Virus record (IMG/VR): IMGVR_UViG_3300046004_000818
Location: 1 to 64,000 of that record
Length of the DNA stretch: 64,000 nucleotides
Origin: a virus
Reading direction: 5' to 3' (one strand)
A program made the translations under genes and the position numbers. This document shows, piece by piece, positions 8,801 to 16,566 of the stretch. The stretch's first letter is position 1. Each line of letters opens with the position of its first letter. Under the pieces are notes generated by a model. That model made no database searches. It had not been told where the DNA came from and was given only the letters and a program-made list of their open reading frames with translations.

Positions 8801-9651
8801 GCGGTGGTTGGGCTAACTTCAATCTGCAGACTGGTGTAGTCGGCAGTCGAGGTGGGCCATATACCCACACCTCAGATATACTTGCACTTGGGGATGGTTG
8901 GCACCTATGTACTTTTGTAGCTATACCAGCCGCAGGAGCTTATAACCGCTGGCTATCCATAGTTACTGGAGCTAACTCTGCATGGTTGGAATCCTACACA
9001 GGTGACGGTACAAGCTCTATTATCATCGCTCGTCAAGCCTTGCTAGACGGTTACTACACACCTAAAGAGATTATGGATGCTGGTGGCTTGCCACTGACTA
9101 CTACGGTAGCGGCTAGCAATCCTAGTGCTGGTAGATACGTTTGGTCAATGCTCACTCTGACAGGCATGAAACTTGACAGACTACCATTCACCTACTTGGA
9201 TGACTTCGTTGTAGTAGCTTGTTTCAGAGCTAGCAAACCCGGAGCTTGGCTAACTGTATTTTCTCTTACAGGTGTTAATGGTATAGCACGGATGCAGCTT
9301 TATGCCTCTTCAGGAAACTATGCTAGCCTCTACATGTCAGGAGATACTAACCTAGGTGGTGGTGGCTATATCCATAGTACGGTCAACTGCACTGATAAGC
9401 TGGTGATCGCTACTGTAGTCAAACGTGGTGGCACAGCTTACCTACGAGTAAATGGTGTCCAAGCAGGTAGTGCTGTCATACCTGTATCTGTAGCCACCTT
9501 TACAGGTTCTTCGATAGGCGAGTTGCATAGCGGTAGTGACAACTTCTGGGGTTACATAGCCTCAGTTATCCCCATCAAAGCAACAGTCCCTGATAGCGAG
9601 CTTTTAGCCATAGAACGTGCTGTAGGCCAGCCCCTAGGAATTTATTTTTAA
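5896..9651 (+). CDS. Head spike/fibre protein 1; repeated beta-rich carbohydrate-binding-like modules and a LamG-like C-terminus
   Basis: Repeated PANLxxWSxDF and NGEF modules; C-terminal AYLRVNGVQAG..IG; coupled to the spike base gene. Confidence 0.65.
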   Translation: MFGVGPTLHNTGKSPQQQCLSLLDKYCKSPAGIYDPVKGYMQLPANLVTWSGDLTDASYTKVQLVASKPTDIAPPKQGITPIKLTATSGANGSSWRFYKGPATTADTNYTAAIYYKPGSGAPYVLFNSDSNGSEGVFFNATTGAYLSRIGTAYSGESLAVANGWYMLVVNFRATLADSNHNMFWCLTNRTNTAANGADPGFVGGEYAYFGGYGVFEGTLTAAQIHAMGGIPWTRETASVALTLGPRLEVNGEFDSDTGWTKGAGISIANGGATFNNGAGYPNLTQNYAYTSGKSYQYDITVSAWLAGAAAVFTTKTGYTPHPNKVTGVGTFSDVFVADGTYNLMGVQHGSPGGTNSYTFDSISVRELISTPCPLYTDAHAYIPGSYSLVTPANLLKWSRDFANGTWSSSSAALLRTATELVEIATSDYHRVGYSLAGIPTTQRTFAFEVKPAGRNYARGWSWGGADSGQQTFTLIGAGSSTGSLPTSIAKQADGWYMCTFSVPLNQAGNVVFGPSDGVVGGTDAYMGIAGLGLSCRGAGLFEGNYTADQLIAMGGIPWTRETPNVSLSLGNNLITNSEFKNKGSGWTIANGSVNFDSGKAVFGANSTQFYQYLSTLTVNKQYQFDWEQSTAGLIYMNVGGGWVVPAHTGTGPKSYVATADAALQVYVYLTTGGVAGDWIDNLTVRELISTPCPIYAPTSSLGLASNNFNATMGNTGYTPVEGEARLVYDALSKVGPELVPNVGKPFVNTAGWAGNQATIAVVGGKIRVTATVASGGYISGYVNLTGLTPGATLQVTGMHTAGTATTNYIATYLLSAGSGNGASTPVLASGAAGSYSQVVDADGSIWIAVAGTSTGIGSYYDIDFLSVKEIIGIHATSANVYTRRGLVNQTTNSDDVSGGISPTGLTFVTNSVHSPLTGTNTADAMRETVDASRHTLVNSAVLATGTYNTVAVIAKQGVGTRCLQTANGGGGWANFNLQTGVVGSRGGPYTHTSDILALGDGWHLCTFVAIPAAGAYNRWLSIVTGANSAWLESYTGDGTSSIIIARQALLDGYYTPKEIMDAGGLPLTTTVAASNPSAGRYVWSMLTLTGMKLDRLPFTYLDDFVVVACFRASKPGAWLTVFSLTGVNGIARMQLYASSGNYASLYMSGDTNLGGGGYIHSTVNCTDKLVIATVVKRGGTAYLRVNGVQAGSAVIPVSVATFTGSSIGELHSGSDNFWGYIASVIPIKATVPDSELLAIERAVGQPLGIYF

Positions 9652-9689
9652 CCTGTAGTTTTATGCTACACTTCTAAACGGAGGTTTTC

Positions 9690-9953
9690 ATGCCAAATCC
9701 CAATCATCAGGCCACAGGAAAAGACTGTCCAATCATGGAGACAGCAGTCGTTTCTCCTAGCGATTCAACCGATATACCAGACCTGCCTAGGGCTATATGG
9801 ATCGGCGTAGGCGGTGACATAACCTTGATGGCTGCAGGAGATACTACTTCTCGCCTATTCAAGAATGTCAGTAGCGGTACCTTGCTGCCTATTCGTGCTA
9901 GACGCATCTATAGCACAGGTACCACAGCCCAATCACTCATCGCTTGTTACTAA
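9690..9953 (+). CDS. Head spike base protein, copy 2
   Basis: Close 87-aa paralog of 5631-5894; GGAGG RBS. Confidence 0.75.
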   Translation: MPNPNHQATGKDCPIMETAVVSPSDSTDIPDLPRAIWIGVGGDITLMAAGDTTSRLFKNVSSGTLLPIRARRIYSTGTTAQSLIACY

Positions 9954-9954
9954 T

Positions 9955-12900
9955 ATGTTCGGCGTAGGTCCTAGCTTACATGGTGTTGGTAAAACACTTT
10001 CACAATCCTTCTCGGGCTTGTTGGGGAGGTATGCCAAATCACCTGCTGGTATCTACGACCCGATTAAGGGGTATCTGCAGAAGCCTGCTAATTTAGCAGT
10101 CTATAGTAGGGACTTTAGCAACACAGCTTGGAACAAGGTTAATGTAAGTGTAGTCGGTAACACTGTCTCGTTCTCTGGTCCTACTGTACCTAAGCGGATC
10201 ACACAGACCTTCGCTGGTTCTACCAATGGGCATACTACTGTATTCCAAGTACGTCCACTGACACAGCGATACTTCCAGCTTATCAATAACGGTGATGCAG
10301 TATGCTTCGCCAACTTTGACCTAGTGGCAGGTACACTTGGCACCTTTGGTACTGGTACAGTTTCCTCAATCGCCAATGTTGGTGATGGGTCTTACCTGAT
10401 TGCTGCTACTTTTACAGCAGCCGCTATATCTCAGGTCTGCTCTATCTATCCATCTAACAGTGCCTCCGATGGCTTTGCACCGGGCAATACCAGTACAGGC
10501 AGTTTTGAATTGCTAGCTGGTGGCACCTTCAACGGTAGCTTCACTGCTGCTCAGATTCTTGCTATGGGTGGCATCCCTTGGACTATGGAAACCGCTTCTG
10601 TATCCTTGAGTCTAGGTGAAGAAAGGGTAGTAAATGGCGACTTCTCTAGTGGTTTAGCTGGATGGACAACTGAACCTTCAGCTTCCGTGGTGAATGGAGC
10701 ACTTGTAGCAACCTCTAGCTCGGCCTCTAATATTATAGCCTCAAGATTTATTGCTATCCCTGAAGGCAAGCCTTACTACTTGACTGCCAATGCTATTGCT
10801 GTTAATAGCAGTACTGCTATCAGACTTAACGGGACAGTGGTGTCTGGTGGCTATAAGCAAGCAGGATACTGGTCTAACGTCTTTACTGCAGGAAATCAGT
10901 GGGTGCTAGAGGTTGCTGGTGGAGCAGGGAGCAGTTCTGCGACTATTGACAACATCTCCATCAGAGAACTCATCTCCACTCCCTGCCCCATCTATACCAA
11001 TGCTCACGCCTACGTACCCGGCGCGGGTGTTATGGTGACTCCTGCCAATCTGCTTACTTGGAGTAGGGATTTTAATAACGGTGTATGGTCACATTTCCGT
11101 TCATCTAAGGTAGGTGTGACAGTAATAGATGGCATACCCTGTATGGAGGTACTCCTTAACGAGTATGAGGCTTCTGTAGAGCGTAACCATGCAGCTATAG
11201 GTGTAGTCCAGACCTTGCAATTCATGGTGCGATCTAAGGTACCTGATATTAAATTAGGCATTCATGCTGGCAATACAGATTTTTCACCAGCCTTTGACGT
11301 TACAACAACTTGGACTACCATTACTTACGTAACCAAAGGTACAGCTAATGTAGATAGCATGTCCTTGCGGAACAAGGACTCAGTGCCTAGGTATGTCTAT
11401 ATAGCTGCTGCGGGTGCCTTCTTAGGTACCTACACAGCCGCCCAACTAGCTGCTATGGGTGGTATCCCTTGGACTATGGAAACACCTTCCGTATCCTTGA
11501 GCCTTGGTGATGAAAGAGTAGTGAATGGCGACTTCTCCAATGGTCTGACAGGTTGGGCCAAAACCTCGCCTTACTCAATCATCGAGGTAGTTAATAACGT
11601 AGCTAATATTACTACTCTGCCGGGTGCTAACTGGACGGAAGGCCTTCAGCAGTATGTCAATGACTTGACTACTGGTAAGACCTACTATGCTAGCTATAAT
11701 CAGACAAGCTCTGGTCGTATGCGTATGTCCCTTACTGAGGGTCAGGTGTATTCCAATGTGGCTACCTACCTAAAGTTTACTGCTTTAGGCTCTATCACAA
11801 CAGCTAACTTCTTTTTAGACGCGAATACAGCAGGAGCTGTAGGTACACTCGACAACATCTCCATCAGAGAACTCATCTCCACACCCTGCCCGGTCTACGT
11901 GTCTTCCAACGCACTTGGACTTGCAGCAAACAACTATGCTGCCAATACAGGTGGAAGCTATACGGTAGTGGATAGTGCTAGTGGGTTGGTGATTGATGGG
12001 GTTGCTAATACAGGTCCTGAATTACTTACAGGTGCTTTGTCTACCTATGGTAGCTCTACCATAGCTGTGTCCGGTGATATAATTACAATAACCTCTACCG
12101 GAGCAGGTACCAGTGGAGTTGTTTGGAACGATGTGTCCATAAGCAGCACTAGCAGGTATCGTTTCGCACTTGAGATTGTGGCTAACCCACAAAATAACAA
12201 TGTGCAAGTGTATATTAACACACTTGCTCAAGAGGCTAATTTAACAGCGGCTACCGTTGGGCCAAAAGTTTGCTATCCGGTGGCTGTCGCATCTGGTTTG
12301 AGCACCTCACATCCGGTAATCACTTGTCCATCTATGCCTACTGGCAACAGTGTGTCGATACGGCTAGTATCGGTTAAGGAACTGATAGGTATCAATGCTT
12401 CCCAAGCAACTGCTGGCAATATGCCAACTATCGCTAGGGGCTTGGTAAATAGACTTGCTAATTCACATACTCCAGCTAATCTTTCAAAAACTGACTGTAC
12501 TGTTAGTGGATCAACTTTGACCACCACCGTTGCTGCTAACCCAAACGTGCAGAATCCAGTTCTACCTAGTGAGCCTTATACAGGTATACCTATAACACAA
12601 GTAGCCGAACTATCGGCTGGCAATCAATCTGTGATGGCTCTACAGATGTTTGTAAATGGTGGTGTTGGTGGCAGTTGGGTCACTACAGATGCATTTATAG
12701 TGTCTGGTCCCGGTAGTGTGACATTTACGTCAGCTATAGCTATCGTAACTGGACTATCTAGCACTCAACGAACAGTAGTAGCTTTAGTTGGAAGTTCGTC
12801 AGCCACCAGCGGTAATCTACATGCCTATGTGAAGGGCCGCTTAACTGGTAGTCAAATAGGTGATACAGGTAACTGTCATGCTAGTGCTTGTTTTATTGGT

Positions 12901-13521
12901 GCCTACACTGCTGCCCAAATCATAGCAATGGGTGGTATCCCAACCACTACAACCGTAGCAGCTAGCAACCCCAACACCGGACCCTATAGCTGGCAATTCA
13001 TGGACAACACCGATGTACTCAAGCTTGATCGTGTACCTTATCAATCTACAGATGATTACGCTAATGTGGTAGTCTGCAAACTTGAGAAGGTGCCGGGAGC
13101 TAGTAAATATCCATATGCTTTTGCTGTAAAGGGTGACACCTATCGTGGGGCTGGTTCTATCGTTTTTGACAATGCAGGTAAGCCTATGGCTACTTGGAAT
13201 GATGGTACTGCTTCAGTCAGTCTAACTCATAGCATAGCAGTCTTTGGTTGGGTAGTGCTAACAGCTTGGAAAGTTGGTAATACCAAAGTACTTCGGGTTA
13301 ATGGTCTTCAGTCTGCTGTAGATACAACAGCTTTAGCACCTACTGTATTAGAGGCTGCGTACATCGGTCATAGCGGAGGTGTAGACGCTTCTACCATCGA
13401 AGTAAACTACGAGTTCCCCGGACTTGTCGGTAAAGTGATATCAGAGCAAGGTACAATAACAGCCGATGAACTACTGCTTATAGAGCGAAGCCTAGGCTCT
13501 GAGTACGGTGTACACTTTTAG
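9955..13521 (+). CDS. Head spike/fibre protein 2 (1188 aa; start corrected to 9955)
   Basis: MFGVGP start identical to fibre 1; same stop-T-ATG coupling; same module order. Confidence 0.65.
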   Translation: MFGVGPSLHGVGKTLSQSFSGLLGRYAKSPAGIYDPIKGYLQKPANLAVYSRDFSNTAWNKVNVSVVGNTVSFSGPTVPKRITQTFAGSTNGHTTVFQVRPLTQRYFQLINNGDAVCFANFDLVAGTLGTFGTGTVSSIANVGDGSYLIAATFTAAAISQVCSIYPSNSASDGFAPGNTSTGSFELLAGGTFNGSFTAAQILAMGGIPWTMETASVSLSLGEERVVNGDFSSGLAGWTTEPSASVVNGALVATSSSASNIIASRFIAIPEGKPYYLTANAIAVNSSTAIRLNGTVVSGGYKQAGYWSNVFTAGNQWVLEVAGGAGSSSATIDNISIRELISTPCPIYTNAHAYVPGAGVMVTPANLLTWSRDFNNGVWSHFRSSKVGVTVIDGIPCMEVLLNEYEASVERNHAAIGVVQTLQFMVRSKVPDIKLGIHAGNTDFSPAFDVTTTWTTITYVTKGTANVDSMSLRNKDSVPRYVYIAAAGAFLGTYTAAQLAAMGGIPWTMETPSVSLSLGDERVVNGDFSNGLTGWAKTSPYSIIEVVNNVANITTLPGANWTEGLQQYVNDLTTGKTYYASYNQTSSGRMRMSLTEGQVYSNVATYLKFTALGSITTANFFLDANTAGAVGTLDNISIRELISTPCPVYVSSNALGLAANNYAANTGGSYTVVDSASGLVIDGVANTGPELLTGALSTYGSSTIAVSGDIITITSTGAGTSGVVWNDVSISSTSRYRFALEIVANPQNNNVQVYINTLAQEANLTAATVGPKVCYPVAVASGLSTSHPVITCPSMPTGNSVSIRLVSVKELIGINASQATAGNMPTIARGLVNRLANSHTPANLSKTDCTVSGSTLTTTVAANPNVQNPVLPSEPYTGIPITQVAELSAGNQSVMALQMFVNGGVGGSWVTTDAFIVSGPGSVTFTSAIAIVTGLSSTQRTVVALVGSSSATSGNLHAYVKGRLTGSQIGDTGNCHASACFIGAYTAAQIIAMGGIPTTTTVAASNPNTGPYSWQFMDNTDVLKLDRVPYQSTDDYANVVVCKLEKVPGASKYPYAFAVKGDTYRGAGSIVFDNAGKPMATWNDGTASVSLTHSIAVFGWVVLTAWKVGNTKVLRVNGLQSAVDTTALAPTVLEAAYIGHSGGVDASTIEVNYEFPGLVGKVISEQGTITADELLLIERSLGSEYGVHF

Positions 13522-13579
13522 GAGCTAACATGAGTCCCCTAGCAATCTGGATTATGATCCTCCATTGGGAGTGGTGGAA

Positions 13580-13774
13580 GTGCGGCATATAGGTTGGAAG
13601 CTGACTCTCCGATGGATGCGTATGCCCGACCAACCTTTCGTACACTGGTGCTCTGAAGATGATGGGCTAGTTAGCAAAGATGGTGTGCTTAACCATCACC
13701 GTATAAAGTTATGGAACGATACTCCTACAGGACTTGAAATAGTCTCCATTATTAAACTCTGGGCAGAAGAATGA
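13580..13774 (+). CDS. Small hypothetical protein, paralog A
   Basis: Begins (V/M)RHIGWKL, ends SIIKLWAEE; start uncertain. Confidence 0.6.
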   Translation: MRHIGWKLTLRWMRMPDQPFVHWCSEDDGLVSKDGVLNHHRIKLWNDTPTGLEIVSIIKLWAEE

Positions 13775-13980
13775 AGCATATAGGTTGGAGACTTGAAGTA
13801 CGAAGGGAGCAGGAACACATCTGCACTTTTGTATTCTTTTATGATCGTGGTGTAGGGTGCCCTATTAACGATGATGGGACATGGAACATAGAGTTTAATT
13901 GGATTCTCTATGGTGATGATTTCCCACCGTGGAAGCAGACAGAGATTGGCTCTATCACTAAATTCTGGGCAGAAGAATGA
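13771..13980 (+). CDS. Small hypothetical protein, paralog B
   Basis: Begins MKHIGWRL, ends SITKFWAEE; ATGA overlaps on both sides. Confidence 0.65.
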   Translation: MKHIGWRLEVRREQEHICTFVFFYDRGVGCPINDDGTWNIEFNWILYGDDFPPWKQTEIGSITKFWAEE

Positions 13981-14108
13981 AAACCATCTTGGTTATACTC
14001 CTGACAGCTAATCTATTAGCATGTGCCCCTACTACTTTCGTTCTAGGTAGAGAAACCCCACCACCTGCCGGGTGTGTAGAAGCAAGGAAACGTGGACATG
14101 AATGCTGA
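13977..14108 (+). CDS. Small lipoprotein, 43 aa (not in the ORF track)
   Basis: Manual translation MKTILVILLTANLLACAPTTFVLGRETPPPAGCVEARKRGHEC; LLAC lipobox. Confidence 0.65.
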   Translation: MKTILVILLTANLLACAPTTFVLGRETPPPAGCVEARKRGHEC

Positions 14109-14481
14109 TGTAGCCATCGTATTTAACGAAGCCAAATCTAAGTTTGGCTATGCTGATGACTCTACCACCTTTGGACAAACAGAGTATTGGGCCACTCACG
14201 AAGAGATGATGGCAGCGGCTGTAGCTGGTAAGGTAAAGGGTGATTGCGATGATTTCGCTGAACTCTGCGTACATCCCCTTAGAGAGAAGGGTTTACCTGC
14301 TAGGTTCATACTATGCCTTACCGAGACAAAGGAAGCACACCTTGTAGCTGAAGTTGACGGTATCATTTTGGATAACAGGCAGGTGTACCCAACACCCATA
14401 GACTTCTTGCCATACACATGGTTAGCATGTTCCGGTGAAAAACCCGAACAACCTTGGCACATAATTATAGGAGTCTCATAA
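14098..14481 (+). CDS. Transglutaminase-like cysteine peptidase (BTLCP/C93, LapG-like)
   Basis: EYWAT, GDCDDFA, AHLV and ILDN give a Cys-His-Asp triad; AAGGA RBS before ATG 14098. Confidence 0.8.
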   Translation: MNADVAIVFNEAKSKFGYADDSTTFGQTEYWATHEEMMAAAVAGKVKGDCDDFAELCVHPLREKGLPARFILCLTETKEAHLVAEVDGIILDNRQVYPTPIDFLPYTWLACSGEKPEQPWHIIIGVS

Positions 14482-14533
14482 CAGAGACTTGGTTTATCTG
14501 GTATGATGCTGAAAAATTCAACAGGCTATTGCT

Positions 14534-16027
14534 ATGACTACAAATCTCTGGTTGGGTAATCAGCACTCTTATGAGGCTGTCCTTGAAGCTAAGGCAAACG
14601 CCCTTGCTAAGTACGGTGACAAAGAAGGTGAAGCACCTGAACCTAAACTGCTCAATGTGCAAAGCAATGTGGGCATCATTGATATCAAGGGTAGTCTCAT
14701 TAACGGTAACGCTGGCTGGCTGAGCTACTTTGGTGTTACTGGCTACGGAGATATTCGTGACTCTCTTGTTGCTGCTATCCAGAACCCAGAAGTATCAGCT
14801 ATTCTCCTGAACATAGATTCAGGTGGTGGTGCTGTAGCTGGTGTACACGAGACTGCCCAACTGATCAGCCGTGTTGACAAGATTAAGCCTGTCATTGCTT
14901 ACAACGGTGGTACAGAAGCATCTGCTGCTCTCTGGCTAGGTTCTTCTGCACGTACAGCCTATGCTGCAGAGACTGCCCTCACTGGTTCTCTCGGTATCAT
15001 CATGGTACATGCAGAGCGTTCAAAGCAGTTGGAAGACGATGGTATCAAGGTTACTGTCATTCGTGCAGGAACTGAGAAGGCCTTGGCTAACCCATACGAA
15101 CCACTGACAGACAATGCTAAGGCTGCCCTAGAAGAGAAAGCTCAGGCTATGTACGATATCTTCTTGGGCCATGTGGCTAGTATGCGTGGCCTGTCAGATA
15201 GCGTGGCAGATTCCAAGTTTGGACAAGGCCGTGAGTTCGTAGGTAAGGCCGCTGTCACCGCAGGACTTGTAGATTCTGTGGGTACATTTGAGGATGCCTA
15301 CACAAAGGCAGCTTCACTTGGCAGCAAGATCGCCAGCAAAAACCAAGCTAAAGCTGCTGTTAATCGCCCTGCTAACCTGCTCAAGGCTGAAAACTTTGGC
15401 ACTTTATCGGCCAGTCTGCCACAAGTCTTAGAAGGACAGCTAGAAGCTGTGGCATCTATGGTAGATAATACCGCATCTACCGAAGGAACATCCATGCCGA
15501 AACCCTTGACCCAAGAACAGCTAGTCGCTATGGCGGCTGGTGTAACACTTGAAGCTACCGTAGCTGAAACTGTTAATGCCGAAGCCGTTACTGAAACCAG
15601 TAACGAAGGCTCTACTGAAGCGCCTACTGACAAACCTGCTGAAGCTGCAGCGGCTGCTCCTTCTGAGCTAGTCACCTACTTGCAGGTCCAAGTCACTGCG
15701 CTGCAAGCTGAATCGCTTGAATTTCGCATGGCAGCAAAGACTGCTGCTGACGCCCTGACTGCAGCTACTACAAATCTGGAAGCTCTGGCTGGTATTGCAC
15801 GTAATAGCATTCGCTCCATGACTATCGCCCTTGGCGGTAAAGCAGAAGCTGTTGAGGCTATGTCTGTGGGCGATGTGGTAGCTGAACATAGCCGCGTAGC
15901 TGCTGTGTTCACTGACAAGTTCAAAGTGGGGGCGGTTGCGGCGACCAACACTCTTGAGGATAAGCCTGTTGTGAAAGCAACGGTTAATCCACTCTTTGCA
16001 TACGCCGCAAAATCTCTTTCCAAATAA
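14534..16027 (+). CDS. S49 (SppA-like) prohead protease fused to scaffold domain
   Basis: ILLNIDSGGG, ASAALWLGS, TGSLGII, FGQGREF; Ala/Glu-rich helical C-terminus. Confidence 0.88.
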   Translation: MTTNLWLGNQHSYEAVLEAKANALAKYGDKEGEAPEPKLLNVQSNVGIIDIKGSLINGNAGWLSYFGVTGYGDIRDSLVAAIQNPEVSAILLNIDSGGGAVAGVHETAQLISRVDKIKPVIAYNGGTEASAALWLGSSARTAYAAETALTGSLGIIMVHAERSKQLEDDGIKVTVIRAGTEKALANPYEPLTDNAKAALEEKAQAMYDIFLGHVASMRGLSDSVADSKFGQGREFVGKAAVTAGLVDSVGTFEDAYTKAASLGSKIASKNQAKAAVNRPANLLKAENFGTLSASLPQVLEGQLEAVASMVDNTASTEGTSMPKPLTQEQLVAMAAGVTLEATVAETVNAEAVTETSNEGSTEAPTDKPAEAAAAAPSELVTYLQVQVTALQAESLEFRMAAKTAADALTAATTNLEALAGIARNSIRSMTIALGGKAEAVEAMSVGDVVAEHSRVAAVFTDKFKVGAVAATNTLEDKPVVKATVNPLFAYAAKSLSK

Positions 16028-16048
16028 CCTACTTTAAGGAATCTCATT

Positions 16049-16531
16049 ATGGCACGCGATCACTTTATTGCTCCTACTGCTCCTACCGATGAAGCTGTTG
16101 CTGTTCGGTTGGGTGCTGGCTCTGGTGCTGCTAACAACCTGACAACTGCTGAAGTTGGCAAGTTCGTCAAGCTCGTTGCGGAATCTCGCTACAACTTGGC
16201 TGCTGCTGGTAACGAAATCGAAGGCGTGATCTTCTCGGTTGAACTGGCCCCACAAAACGGCTTCACAGTTGGTGGTGTGGTCGAAGAAGGTATCTTGAAC
16301 GTGACCTTCGACGGTCTGCAAGCTACCCCCGGTACTGGCGTAGTCGCCATCGGTGACTATGTGGTGTGTGGTACTCCTGTTGCCAAGGATACTGCCCTGA
16401 CTGGCTATCCAAAGGTTTGCAAAGCCACTGGCGCTGTCACTACACTCACCTTCAAATGGCGTGTCGTGAGCCTCGGTACCGCTGGTACTGGTGCTGTCGG
16501 CACCACTGGTGTTATCTCATACGTGGGCTAA
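16049..16531 (+). CDS. Head decoration/cement protein
   Basis: 160-aa Ala/Gly/Val-rich protein between protease and capsid; strong RBS. Confidence 0.65.
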   Translation: MARDHFIAPTAPTDEAVAVRLGAGSGAANNLTTAEVGKFVKLVAESRYNLAAAGNEIEGVIFSVELAPQNGFTVGGVVEEGILNVTFDGLQATPGTGVVAIGDYVVCGTPVAKDTALTGYPKVCKATGAVTTLTFKWRVVSLGTAGTGAVGTTGVISYVG

Positions 16532-16566
16532 GCCTTAACCTTAACAAATTACCTAGGAGTTAAAAA

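Noticed and set aside
9865-9954. 30-aa N-terminal extension of fibre 2 given by the ORF track
   Set aside because: It overlaps the spike base gene; the paralog shows the true start is MFGVGP at 9955
5896-13521. Diversity-generating retroelement or shufflon acting on the fibre genes
   Set aside because: No reverse transcriptase or invertase in the window; repeats are direct and differences are not adenine-specific
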